Positions 10,803 to 25,199 of a stretch of 64,000 nt of DNA are shown here, one piece after another. Below the pieces are notes generated by a model that was given only the letters and a program-made list of their open reading frames with translations, searched no databases and had not been told where the DNA came from. The translations under genes and the position numbers were made by a program. Source of the stretch: Candidatus Delongbacteria bacterium (GTDB lineage Bacteria > CAIWAD01); the NCBI GenBank assembly GCA_963663545.1, contig OY760505.1, positions 1,728,001 to 1,792,000 on the forward strand, in the 5' to 3' direction. The first letter of the stretch is position 1, and each line of letters starts with the position of its first letter.

Positions 10803-10829
10803 TAATCAGTACCAGAATAGTACTAATTA
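10803..10829. promoter_or_regulatory. Inverted repeat, probable Rrf2 operator
   Basis: TAATCAGTACC-AGAAT-AGTACTAATTA; arms match at 9 of 11 positions and abut the regulator's SD. Confidence 0.7.
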
Positions 10830-10919
10830 AAAAGCAAAAAGGAGCATAGCGTTCGCGCTCGATGTGGGCAAGTGCAAGAGGTGGAAATGGGGACGTGTTG
10901 GATCCGCCCCCGCACATTT

Positions 10920-13268
10920 TTAGGATTCAAAGCTGCCAAACCAGGCCCCCAGGGCTCTAGTGGCCTCATCGGCGTATCGGAACACAGGAATCCCAGCGTC
11001 TTCAACGGCCTGAGCCAAGGGGTCAAAGAGACGACCCGAATCGATACTCACCACAAAGGGTTTGCGGCATTCGCGATGCAGTTCTATGAATTGTCTGCAC
11101 ACAGCTCCGGGATTCAGCATGTCCTCACGGTGGTGACTAGCAGCAGGCAGCGTGTTCATGGCAGCGGTTAACGGCACCGGCGAAAGTATAGCCGCGTCCA
11201 CGTTTTCGTCCTCAAGAATGGCCCTGCAGCACTCAGCCCAAACCTCGTCCGATCCCATCGGCGTCACGTCCAGAGGATTATGAACGTCAACCAAGCCGTC
11301 GACTCGTCCCTTCTGCAGAATGGCCTTCAATCTCGCTTGGGTTGATTCGGTGAACACCGCGAGGTCCAACCGCACTTCATCGTGATACACGCGGCGTTTG
11401 ATGTTGTCGGCTATACCGACGCACTCAAAACCCGCATTGGAGATGACACCTATGCGTGGATTGCGCCCTTCAAGAACAGGGCGGGTGCCTGCTGTCGAAT
11501 GCTCGATACGTACCGCATTTTGGAAGTCGGCGAACGAATCCAGCATCACGACACCCGCTGCCTTCAACAGCTGTCGACAGGTCTCAAAATCGCCAGCAAT
11601 GGAAGCCGTGTGGCCGGCACTGGCACTCTTGCCTTCTACGGTTCGACCGGCCTTGTATAGCAGAATGCGTTTGCCGCGCTCTCGCAACTCACCGGCGAGG
11701 CTTGCCAGTTTGCAGCCATCCAGATCCTGAAATCCTTCAACGTAGCACGCCATCAGATCCACATCGTCGTCCTCTTTGAGGTACTCAACGAAGTCACCAA
11801 TGGTCAGATGCATCTGGTTTCCCAGGCTTACCGAGTAGACCGGATCAATATTCGTGATACACGACATGCGACAAATCATGAATGCGCCGCTCTGCGAAAG
11901 ATAGGCGATTCGACTACGTCCACCCGTCGGCTTGGGCAGTTTGTATTCCGGTATAAATATGTTGTTGACGCCTGCATCGCGTGCATAGATGCCAAGACAA
12001 TTGGAACCAACGATCACAGGACCACCTTCAGGAAGCGTGCGCGCCTTGTCCATAATCTCGTCGATTTGGCGCTGTATCACATCGCCGCCTTCCTTCTCGG
12101 CAATACCACCAGGTATCACGACTACGCTACGCGCACAGTCGCTCTCACAGATTCCTGCCAATGCTTCGGGAACTTGCTCAGCAGCGATGGCAAGTACGAG
12201 TGTGTCGACCTGCTCCGGCAGGCTGGCGTAGTCCGGATAGCATCGAGCGCCAGCAATCATTTCCTCATTTGGTTTGACGATATGAATGCGTGATACGTCG
12301 AAATTTGCATCAAGCAAGTTCTGTAGAATGATGCGACCCGGATTCATCTTCTGTGATACACCGACCAGAGCGATACTCTCGGCTTTCAGCAGGTTTCCTA
12401 TTCGTGATACATTTCGCGCAGGCTCACGCACGGGGAGCTCGGCAATCCGCATCAGACCGTCCAAGGGCAAAAGGCGCCCATCGGCGACAACAAGAGGATT
12501 GATTTCAAGCTCCTCAAGCAGGCAGGGAGCACGGTCCTCAAATGGCGTCAGCAGATTTGCCAGACGGGTAAAACCCTCGATGGCATCCAGCAGCACTTTG
12601 TCTTCAATCTGTTTGTGTGTTCCACGCGTGCTTCCGGAGAGCCGTTCATAGACCGCCGTTTGCTGCAGCATTTGCATCATGCTCTCGCGAGTAAGTAGCA
12701 GGGTCGAGCGTAATGCATGCGAGCGCCCAGGCAGCATGCGTGAGGCGAAATACTCGGCATCCGTACCACCGACTCCGAAGTTCAGCACAGGGCCAAACTC
12801 GCGCGACCAGCGCACTCCCAGAATCAGCTCATTTCCGAACTCATTCTTGTAGGGAATAAACTCAACCAGCAATACGCCGCTGATTCCTGCGCGAACCTCT
12901 TCTTCGCTGGGCGGCGCATTGTGTTTGCCATGAGAACCTACATACTCTACAAAGGCCGCTGGAATTGTTTCCGCCATCTGTCGCAGACCGCTGTTCACAC
13001 TATTTGCATCACGCGACAGAACCTTGACTCCCCCGACATCGCTCTTATGCAAAATCTGCGGTGATACAATCTTGGCAACAATCTTCTCGCCAGCAAAGCC
13101 GTTCAGCATCTCTTCGTCCACTGTGGTACTAAGTGGAACAAACTTCCAGCGTGGCACGGGCAAGCCGGCAAGCTCCAGCACCTGATAGACCTCGTGCTCC
13201 AGCAAAACGCGACGACCGGACGCGAAGACGTCCGCCAATAATTTCCTGAGCTCGCTTACGTCAGACAA
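10920..13268 (-). CDS. ADP-forming acetate/acyl-CoA synthetase, fused beta(ATP-grasp)-alpha
   Basis: ILHKSDVGGV and LEINPL in the N-terminal part; GSNCLG, SQSGA and SAGHTAS (phospho-His) in the C-terminal part. Probable TTG start at 13268 after GGGAGG. Confidence 0.88.
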   Translation of the reverse strand: MSDVSELRKLLADVFASGRRVLLEHEVYQVLELAGLPVPRWKFVPLSTTVDEEMLNGFAGEKIVAKIVSPQILHKSDVGGVKVLSRDANSVNSGLRQMAETIPAAFVEYVGSHGKHNAPPSEEEVRAGISGVLLVEFIPYKNEFGNELILGVRWSREFGPVLNFGVGGTDAEYFASRMLPGRSHALRSTLLLTRESMMQMLQQTAVYERLSGSTRGTHKQIEDKVLLDAIEGFTRLANLLTPFEDRAPCLLEELEINPLVVADGRLLPLDGLMRIAELPVREPARNVSRIGNLLKAESIALVGVSQKMNPGRIILQNLLDANFDVSRIHIVKPNEEMIAGARCYPDYASLPEQVDTLVLAIAAEQVPEALAGICESDCARSVVVIPGGIAEKEGGDVIQRQIDEIMDKARTLPEGGPVIVGSNCLGIYARDAGVNNIFIPEYKLPKPTGGRSRIAYLSQSGAFMICRMSCITNIDPVYSVSLGNQMHLTIGDFVEYLKEDDDVDLMACYVEGFQDLDGCKLASLAGELRERGKRILLYKAGRTVEGKSASAGHTASIAGDFETCRQLLKAAGVVMLDSFADFQNAVRIEHSTAGTRPVLEGRNPRIGVISNAGFECVGIADNIKRRVYHDEVRLDLAVFTESTQARLKAILQKGRVDGLVDVHNPLDVTPMGSDEVWAECCRAILEDENVDAAILSPVPLTAAMNTLPAASHHREDMLNPGAVCRQFIELHRECRKPFVVSIDSGRLFDPLAQAVEDAGIPVFRYADEATRALGAWFGSFES

Positions 13269-13406
13269 TTCCTGATCCTCCCGTTCGAACGCCGTCTTTG
13301 CCGGCAATCGGTTCAGCGTCCAATTGTGGCCGTTCTCACCTCTATCCAGCACTCTTCCATTATATTAAGCCTTCGCGACTCTAACAGAAGGAAGGTTCTG
13401 CGATTC

Positions 13407-14159
13407 ATGCAACAAGGCTCCTCATCTCCGACTCCGCGACGCCGCCGTCCGCCGCGCAAACCTCAGCAAACCCCGGCTTCGCAGAACGGACAGAGCCAGG
13501 AGCAAAGACGCCGCCCCTCCAACGAAGAACAGGGCGAAGCGAGAAATCAGGCGAGGCCCCAGCGCAGTCGCACGAACACAAACGCCAAGCCTCGAGCCGC
13601 ACAGGGTTCCAGCAATAATCAACCACGCACGCGAAGCGACGCAAGTCGTACAAGCCCTGCGCCGCAACAGCAAACTGCAGCACGCGGGAAGGTGGCCCCT
13701 ACCGGGCGCCGCCAGCGCGGACGAACAAAGCGCACCGATGGTCTTGAGGTAGCGCCGCAGATTCCGAACCTGAGGGATTGGTGCTTTGAGTTTCGGGGCT
13801 ACGTTTTCTGGATGGCCTTTAATCAACTCTACCCACCCCTCAGCGACGGTCGAAATCACCGGGCCTATTTAGTGGACGTGCATGCGGGTGATGATGAGGT
13901 CAACCCGCAGTACCTGCCTGAAGTGGAAGAACTAAGACACATGTTTGTGCTAGCTGCCAGCGTGAAGGAAGCCCGCCGACTGCTGGAGGAAACGGTTTGC
14001 TCTCGTGTCGAGGCTATCTCGTTGATTCCGGTTGAGGAATACCTAGCGAGGCTTCCCATTGTGGCCGAGCCGGAAGCGGAACCTGTGCCCAATGAACCTC
14101 CTTCCGGTCTGATTCTTCCTTTGGAGCCCCCACCGGGCTTGGATGAACCCTCTGAGTAA
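13407..14159 (+). CDS. Hypothetical protein with a long R/Q/P-rich disordered N-terminus
   Basis: Fills the intergenic space, has a GGAAGG upstream of the ATG and is followed by a terminator; no recognised family. Confidence 0.65.
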   Translation: MQQGSSSPTPRRRRPPRKPQQTPASQNGQSQEQRRRPSNEEQGEARNQARPQRSRTNTNAKPRAAQGSSNNQPRTRSDASRTSPAPQQQTAARGKVAPTGRRQRGRTKRTDGLEVAPQIPNLRDWCFEFRGYVFWMAFNQLYPPLSDGRNHRAYLVDVHAGDDEVNPQYLPEVEELRHMFVLAASVKEARRLLEETVCSRVEAISLIPVEEYLARLPIVAEPEAEPVPNEPPSGLILPLEPPPGLDEPSE

Positions 14160-14164
14160 GTCTC

Positions 14165-14189
14165 AAACCCGCTGCTGAAGCGGGTTTTT
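14165..14189 (+). terminator. Intrinsic terminator
   Basis: AAACCCGCT-GCTGA-AGCGGGTTTTT. Confidence 0.8.
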
Positions 14190-14324
14190 CTATTCCCATC
14201 CTCTGCTACGCAACGGGTAGAAGCGGGCAATTATCTCCCCAGACCAGCGAAGCACGCGGTTCCGCACGGCATCTAGCAGGCAACATCTGCCGCAATCTTC
14301 AGAACTCAGCACTTTTAGAACTTC

Positions 14325-14357
14325 TCAACTCGCGAACTCGCGAACTCGGGCCGATAT
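14325..14357 (+). promoter_or_regulatory. sigma28-like -10 element with a tandem-repeat spacer
   Basis: GCCGATAT at 14350-14357 upstream of flagellin; -35 spacing is non-canonical. Confidence 0.5.
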
Positions 14358-14425
14358 GGAGACTCGACGCGGCACGGTTGCACCTATGCACTGCCGAGGG
14401 ACCTAGTTAGTGACCGGAGGAAGTA

Positions 14426-15265
14426 ATGGCTCTCGTGATTAATCATAACCTGCCTTCGCTGTCGGCCAAGCGCAGCCTCGATCGCAACTACAGCGACCTG
14501 GCCACGGCGACGCAAAGACTGTCATCCGGTCTTCGCATCAACTACGCCTGGGACGATCCCGCGGGACTCGCAGTCTCAGAGAAATTCAGAGCGCAGATTG
14601 ATTCCATGGTGGAGGCTGAACGCAACGCCAATTACGGTATCAACATGTTGGCGACGGCGGAGGGTGGCCTTTCCGTGATCGACGAGAAGCTGACCCGCAT
14701 GCGCGCGCTTGCCGTGGAAGCCTCTTCGGGTGTGTTGACGACCGAGGATCGCGCTTTTTTGAACGTTGAGTTTCAACAACTCAAAAGCGAGATCACCCGA
14801 ATTGCGGAAGTAACCAACTACAACGGCTTGCAACTGCTGGATGGCACGTACTCCAGCGGTAGTGGCCAGGGAATCCTGATGCAGGTCGGCACCTATGCTA
14901 CCGCCGACCAGGATTACTACTCCATTAATCTTGAAGACATGACAGCCTCAGGTCTTGGTCTGGGCTCTATCGATCTTACCACAACCGCCAATGCCCAGGC
15001 GGCCATTACCAGTGTGGATACCGCCATTAGCAACAAGGATACCGAGCGTACGCGCATCGGCTCCTATGTTGAACGACTGCAGTACACCATTTCCAATCTG
15101 CAGGTATCCTACGAAAACGCGGTCAGCTCCGAGTCAACGATCCGCGACGCAGATATTGCTACAGAAAGCAGCAACATGACGCGCGCCATGATCCTCGCCG
15201 AGAGCTCCGTCGCCATGCTTGCGCAGGTCAACGACCTGCCGCGATACGCGCTGGCACTACTCTAG
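14426..15265 (+). CDS. fliC: Flagellin (short, D0/D1 only)
   Basis: VINHN, RLSSGLRINYAWDDPAGLAVSE and AVSSESTIRDADIA motifs. Confidence 0.93.
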   Translation: MALVINHNLPSLSAKRSLDRNYSDLATATQRLSSGLRINYAWDDPAGLAVSEKFRAQIDSMVEAERNANYGINMLATAEGGLSVIDEKLTRMRALAVEASSGVLTTEDRAFLNVEFQQLKSEITRIAEVTNYNGLQLLDGTYSSGSGQGILMQVGTYATADQDYYSINLEDMTASGLGLGSIDLTTTANAQAAITSVDTAISNKDTERTRIGSYVERLQYTISNLQVSYENAVSSESTIRDADIATESSNMTRAMILAESSVAMLAQVNDLPRYALALL

Positions 15266-15290
15266 TTATCCACCTTTTTGATTCGACCAG

Positions 15291-15320
15291 GAAAAGCCGG
15301 GCTCTCCCACCCGGCTTTTC
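15291..15320. terminator. Bidirectional intrinsic terminator
   Basis: GAAAAGCCGGG-CTCTCCCA-CCCGGCTTTTC between convergent genes. Confidence 0.85.
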
Positions 15321-15359
15321 TATTTCTACGCCCAGGCTATCCAGGCTTTCTGTCAGCTG

Positions 15360-16508
15360 CTAAAAGTTGAATTCGACTGCGGCTTCCACCATTACGTGAT
15401 CTTCCAGACTTCCACTATCCATATCTAGGCTTTCGGCCTGCTCCCAATCCAAAACCAGCTTGGAGTGCGGTAGAAAGCGCCAACTAGCACCTAAAAGGCT
15501 AACTCGTTCAGCCCAGTCTTTCCGCCATGCTCCGGCAAGATCATTGTCCATGCAGTCGTGCCGACCAAAGAAGGCGAGGTTAACAGAACCTGGAATCATG
15601 ATCTCAGCAAACAGTGACCATCCGGTCTGATCCATCGACTTTCCATCGCGCCCCAACGCATCGCCACTCAAATTCCCTTTACCTGCAAACATTGTCGCTG
15701 AAGCTCGCAACCAAGGAGATTGCCACGTGCTCGCTCCTGACAAGACATGAAAGTCAGGCTCTTCTGCGGAATTTCCCTTTCCGGATGCCCCGATGGCATG
15801 AAGCTGCAAGCCAGCCAGTTGCCGGAGTTGTCCAAGCGGTCGCAGGCTCAGGCGCCCCTCGAATAGCTTGTCGTTGTTTTCCTCGATAGCGTCATAACCG
15901 CCACCGTTGTAAATACCTATGGCAAAGCTGCCGTAGCGACCCGGATATTGATCGCTGACTGTGCTCTGGTAATGCTGATCCATGCTCCCGCCAAGCAGAC
16001 ACATGAAGCTCAGGCCGTAGTCGGCGGAACTGAGCATATCGAAGCGTTCCAGAAACATTTTGCCCTGAACGCGGTAGTCGTTCACCTTCTGCTCGAAATC
16101 CAACCATGGGCGATGTACCATTCCCCCTTCAATCGTAGGCTTCGTGAAAACAAACCAGCTTGGCAATTTCCATCGCAGATAGCCGTATTTCAGACGCAAT
16201 TCCATGTTGCCACGGCCATCGCCTTCTTTGTCGACTGAGATATCCTGTGTAACACGCACATCGAAGTGCGGGCTGAGCTTCTTCTTGAAGGTCAGATAGC
16301 CGCGCTTTAGGCGAAACTCACGAAACTCGTCGGTCTCGCCGCAATTCTCGTCCATGTAAGCGAAGAACCACTGGCCTGTAATTGTGACTTCGGCAAGGGT
16401 CGTTCCGGCAACGTTGGTGGCACTAATGGATTCCTGAGCATAAAGGGTCGGAGTGCAACACAGCAGAAGGGCGGCACAAGCCGCCCCGAAAGGAAAGCGT
16501 CTGTTCAT
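15360..16508 (-). CDS. Outer membrane porin (phosphate-selective porin-like)
   Basis: Signal peptide, FRLKRGYLTF, GIYNGGG, alternating beta-strands and a C-terminal Phe. Confidence 0.7.
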   Translation of the reverse strand: MNRRFPFGAACAALLLCCTPTLYAQESISATNVAGTTLAEVTITGQWFFAYMDENCGETDEFREFRLKRGYLTFKKKLSPHFDVRVTQDISVDKEGDGRGNMELRLKYGYLRWKLPSWFVFTKPTIEGGMVHRPWLDFEQKVNDYRVQGKMFLERFDMLSSADYGLSFMCLLGGSMDQHYQSTVSDQYPGRYGSFAIGIYNGGGYDAIEENNDKLFEGRLSLRPLGQLRQLAGLQLHAIGASGKGNSAEEPDFHVLSGASTWQSPWLRASATMFAGKGNLSGDALGRDGKSMDQTGWSLFAEIMIPGSVNLAFFGRHDCMDNDLAGAWRKDWAERVSLLGASWRFLPHSKLVLDWEQAESLDMDSGSLEDHVMVEAAVEFNF

Positions 16509-16694
16509 TTCACCTCCACAGTTCGCGACTCCGTGAAGGTGCTGTTCACGTGTTAAGGCGTGGTGAAGGCGTCAAGCCGACCTGGTAAAAAGCATGAAAA
16601 CGCGCTGTCTCAAACCGCGCTATGGCTTGTTGATGCGCGCAGAATGGAACGGGCCTGTCCAGACCCATGTAGAACTCCGGGCTCACTTCAGATC

Positions 16695-17516
16695 TCAGTC
16701 TACCATCCCGGTTCTGAAGGCCGCCTCGACCTCGTCGTAGGTCCTGCCAAAGCTACATTGAAACTGGTCGCGCCAATTTCTGCTATAAAGCAGATCATGG
16801 ATGAAGCCCAGAACTTCTGTTTTCCCAAACTCAGTGATTAGATACTCCACGAAACACGCGCATTCGGAATACATGAAAGCGATGGGATACTCCACGTCCA
16901 GTTCGATCTCCTTTTCATGGCGGGTCTTGAAGTAGGCTGGAGGCATGAAATTACCCGCGCGAATCATCTCACAGACTTCCAGGGAATCGGGATACCAGCT
17001 AGTGCCACGTTGCCCGCTTGTGTATACGGCCCACCCTTCCAACAGCCAATCCGGGAAGCAGAAGTACGAAAGGAGATCCATGTTTTGAAAAAGCAGGAGA
17101 TGGGAAAGCTCATGTTCAATGTAGATGCGAAGAGAGATAACTCCCTGTTGATCTTCTTGCTGGGCTCGGGGAGAGACGACTAAGCAGCCGCTTGGAAATG
17201 CACAGAATCGAGCCCGGGTCGGTGATAGGCGCAAATAGCTCTCTTCGTCTCTAAAAACAGCAAGAACGGGCTTCTTCTTGAACTGTATTTGGTGCGAGGT
17301 CTCAATATGAGGAAGCATTTCATTTACCATCGTTGTATCGAGAAGAACAGCTCCCCGCTGCACGAGAAACGAAGCTCGGCTGCCTTCTATTCTCTCGAAG
17401 CCGACATGCCAAGGTGAATAGGGAAACAACTTGCCAGCAAGTAGCTGCTGCGTTAAAACGAAAAACACGACGAGAAGAAGAGCAAGTCCATATATCACAA
17501 TACGCTTCGTCTTCAT
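16695..17516 (-). CDS. Peptidase MA-like protein
   Basis: HELSH...PDWLLEGWAVY (HExxH + E) and an N-terminal TM; start MKTKR at 17516 with SD GAGGAGG. Confidence 0.65.
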   Translation of the reverse strand: MKTKRIVIYGLALLLVVFFVLTQQLLAGKLFPYSPWHVGFERIEGSRASFLVQRGAVLLDTTMVNEMLPHIETSHQIQFKKKPVLAVFRDEESYLRLSPTRARFCAFPSGCLVVSPRAQQEDQQGVISLRIYIEHELSHLLLFQNMDLLSYFCFPDWLLEGWAVYTSGQRGTSWYPDSLEVCEMIRAGNFMPPAYFKTRHEKEIELDVEYPIAFMYSECACFVEYLITEFGKTEVLGFIHDLLYSRNWRDQFQCSFGRTYDEVEAAFRTGMVD

Positions 17517-17904
17517 TTGCTTCCTCCTCGTGATTATCCTCAGCTCTGACAATTTGCCGTGCTTCATTGGCCATGTCTGTCCAGATTCGGTACTCATCCG
17601 TGTTCAGGAGCAAATTGTCGGCGGAGTTGCATCCGACTACTGGCACGACTGTGCTATACAACAATGGCAAAACCAAAATCGATAAAGTATACGTCTTCCT
17701 TTTGAAAACAGCACTGCTTCATGAGGCGATTACACTCTGTCATTTTCTCCACGTGAACCATCGCGCCACGTTGGGCTCGATAGACAAATAGTAACTGGGA
17801 ACATCAGGAAGACCACACTGACTCATCTCGATCCAGTACTTCGCTTGTACGTAAACACTGCAAATCATCAGCGCAGAAGTTTGTGCATGTCTGTGCAAAA
17901 ACGA

Positions 17905-17930
17905 CAAAGGCCCGCCGAAGCGGGCCTTTG
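17905..17930 (-). terminator. rRNA operon terminator hairpin
   Basis: CAAAGGCCCGC-CGAA-GCGGGCCTTTG just 3' of the 5S gene. Confidence 0.8.
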
Positions 17931-17939
17931 GAATTTTAA

Positions 17940-18055
17940 ACAGGCGGCGACCTACTCTCCCACAGAGTTACCTCTGCAGTACCATCGGCGCTGGTGGGCT
18001 TAACTTCTCTGTTCGGGATGGGAAGAGGTGTATCCCCACCGCCATTGCCACCTGC
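17940..18055 (-). rRNA. rrf: 5S rRNA
   Basis: Reverse complement contains CCCATCCCGAACAGAGAAGTTAAG and GATGGTACTG...GGGAGAGTAGG. Confidence 0.95.
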
Positions 18056-18150
18056 ATTTTCTGACACCTGGTATTGAGGCAAAGGCTGATTAGGCGATTG
18101 CATCGAAGGGTCTGTGAGACATCCCCGTCCCAGCGGGAGATGAAATTATA

Positions 18151-21102
<2,952 letters not shown>

Positions 21103-21266
21103 AAATGTCCTACAAGGATGAAGATGCCTCACAGATCTTTCGATGCATTGCAAATAACCCAAATCAGTCTTTTTAAAGACCTCATTTATACCAGATGTCA
21201 AAGAACCTTCGCCCTTGCGGACGCGCCTTCTTCTGAAAGCGAAGCCAGCTTCTCACAGCTGGCTAG

Positions 21267-21339
21267 TGGAGAATATCGGGTTCGAACCGACGACCTCCTG
21301 GTTGCAAACCAGGCGCTCTCCCAACTGAGCTAATTCCCC
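21267..21339 (-). tRNA. tRNA-Ala(TGC)
   Basis: GGGGAATTAGCTCAG...TTGCAA...GTTCGAACCC; CCA not encoded. Confidence 0.95.
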
Positions 21340-21365
21340 AACACGGACCCAAAGCGGCCCGATAG

Positions 21366-21440
<75 letters not shown>

Positions 21441-21525
21441 GTGTTGTGCTTAAAAGAACAAAACATAGAAGAGAACGGTCACGCCCTTGGTCTAGGTCGA
21501 GTTCCGTAGAACTCTAAACCTGTCT

Positions 21526-23066
<1,541 letters not shown>

Positions 23067-23187
23067 AAATATGGAAAGATTCCATTTGCTCGATTCATGT
23101 TTAGGAATTCAACATCTAATAGATGTCGCTTCCAGGGCCGCATCCATCCGAAAATGGACGCGGTGACGTGACCGTTCTGTCTTCTAT

Positions 23188-23276
23188 GTCAATGAACAAA
23201 GTCTCTTTCGCGCCTCTGCCGAAGCAGTTTCCGGCGCAAAGACCCTCAAGATATGCGGGTCCGACCGCAGAGTCAA
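23188..23276 (-). promoter_or_regulatory. rRNA operon promoter and boxA
   Basis: TTGACT(23276-23271)-17-TATCTT(23253-23248); boxA-like TGTTCATTGACA near 23188-23199; a second boxA-like GTTCTTTGACA in the spacer near 21196-21206. Confidence 0.75.
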
Positions 23277-23491
23277 GCGCTTTTTTCCAGAGACCGCATT
23301 TTTTTCTTGACAAAGAGCCGCAGACGCCATGAGGTCTCGCCCTATCACGTTGTAAATCCTACACTAACCATAGTGTAATCAAAACAATGTTCCTTTTCTT
23401 GGCAAAGCTAGGACAGAGGATCTCGGCGCAGTACACGCCCTCCGGTAGGGCATAAGAGGATCGTTAAGGGATGCTCAGCGATTGATGCTTG

Positions 23492-25114
23492 CTAGAGAAG
23501 GCTAAGGCCAGCGGTGCGGGAAGTTTCCTGCGCTTCAAAAGAAAGTCCCGTGCGTAGACCGTCGGCCGCTGAGCTGATGATGCCACCCGCATAACCGGCT
23601 CCTTCGCCCACCGGCAGCAGCCCATATAATGATGGAGACATGCGATCGACCGGATTTCGCAGGATGCGTACCGGGCTCGATGTGCGGCTTTCAGGAGCCA
23701 GTAGCACGCCGCCGTCGATAAAACCGGGGATTTGTCGATCAAAGGCGCGCAATGCTGCCCCCAGCGGTTCTACAACGGCAGAAGGCAGCAAGTGGTCCAG
23801 TCGCTGTGGGCTGGCGGCTGGCAAAATGGATGTATGCGGCAGGGGGCCGGCGCGTCCAGCCAGAAAGTCAGTGATCCTTTGTGCTGGTGCCGAGTAGCCC
23901 TGGGTGCAGCTGAAACAGGAGGCCTCCAGTTTCCGCTGTAGCTCAACTCCAACCAGCACATTTCCCTCGCAGCCGAATTCTCGCGCCAGGGATCGAATCT
24001 GCTCAACGGAAAGTCCCACCACCAGCGCTGCATTGGACCAGCGCATACCGCGCCCTGCGTGACTCATCCCATTAACAACCGAACGCCCGGATTCGCTAGC
24101 CGCCTGTACCACCATTCCGCCGGGGCACATGCAGAAGGAATACACGCCCTGTTCCCGCACTTGAGCCCGCAGCTTGTACGAAGCCGCTCCGGTAATGCTG
24201 AAATCGCAGCGACTCCCGTACTGCGAGCGATCGATGAAATCTCGATCATGCTCTACGCGCACACCCATAGCAAAGGCCTTGGGCTCCATGGCGACACCGC
24301 TTTCGGAGAGCACACGGAATGTATCACGTGCACTATGCCCAGTGGCCAGCACCACACGATCCGTGTCCAGTGTATCACCGTTTGACAGCGTGACACCACG
24401 AATCGCGCCCTTGTTCACGATGAATTCATCAACGCGTGTATCAAAGAGGAAGTCCACACCCGCTTCTACCAGGCGCCGTCGCAACTCAAGTACTACTTGC
24501 CGAATTCCGTTGGTGCCAATGTGCGGCAGGTGGCTGACCAGAATATCAGCGTCAGCGCCACAAGCGTGTAACACGCGAAAGACCTCAGCAGTAAACCAAT
24601 TGCTTCCGCGACTCGTGAGTTTGCCATCGGAGAAAGTACCGGCACCACCCTCGCCAAACTGCACATTGCTTTCCGGGTTGAGCTCTCCGCTACGCCAAAA
24701 CTGCTGAACCTGCTTCCTGCGCTGCGGAATTGTTGAACCCCGCTCAATCACAATTGGTTTGTAGCCGCGTGACACAAGTCCCACCGCGGCAAAGAGTCCT
24801 GCAGGGCCACAGCCGACAACCACTGGCCTGCCGCGATCACATCTGTGTAATGGCAGTTCCGGACACACCGGCGATTCGTAGAGTTCTACTCCGCGCACAG
24901 ACCTGCGCAAGAGCGTTTCTTCCATCGAAAAGCCGAGGGTCCAAACGAAGCGCAGCGCGCCCTTGTCCCGGGCGTCCAGTGCGCGGCGTATCACACGAAT
25001 ATTGTCTACAACAGTTGGGGATACACTCAGAGCCCTAGTCAATATCTTGCGAAGATCTGTATCACGTGCCAGCGGCGAAGCCAGATGGCTGATTCGATAG
25101 TCTTTGATAGCCAT
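23492..25114 (-). CDS. FAD-dependent oxidoreductase (uncharacterised dehydrogenase family)
   Basis: VVGCGPAG, FGEGGAGTFSDGKL, SFCMCPGG and GEGAGYAGGI motifs. Confidence 0.88.
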   Translation of the reverse strand: MAIKDYRISHLASPLARDTDLRKILTRALSVSPTVVDNIRVIRRALDARDKGALRFVWTLGFSMEETLLRRSVRGVELYESPVCPELPLHRCDRGRPVVVGCGPAGLFAAVGLVSRGYKPIVIERGSTIPQRRKQVQQFWRSGELNPESNVQFGEGGAGTFSDGKLTSRGSNWFTAEVFRVLHACGADADILVSHLPHIGTNGIRQVVLELRRRLVEAGVDFLFDTRVDEFIVNKGAIRGVTLSNGDTLDTDRVVLATGHSARDTFRVLSESGVAMEPKAFAMGVRVEHDRDFIDRSQYGSRCDFSITGAASYKLRAQVREQGVYSFCMCPGGMVVQAASESGRSVVNGMSHAGRGMRWSNAALVVGLSVEQIRSLAREFGCEGNVLVGVELQRKLEASCFSCTQGYSAPAQRITDFLAGRAGPLPHTSILPAASPQRLDHLLPSAVVEPLGAALRAFDRQIPGFIDGGVLLAPESRTSSPVRILRNPVDRMSPSLYGLLPVGEGAGYAGGIISSAADGLRTGLSFEAQETSRTAGLSLL

Positions 25115-25199
25115 GTCTGAAGATCGCTAACACAACCGATACTCCCGTTGTGTTGGTAGCGTCTTCTTACTTTGTGCGGCATAAGAATAAGGAGCACCC

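Noticed and set aside
17520..17900. Possible gene remnant (VYFIDFG, kinase-like) 3' of the 5S gene
   Set aside because: Only short stop-interrupted frames; one short motif is not enough evidence.
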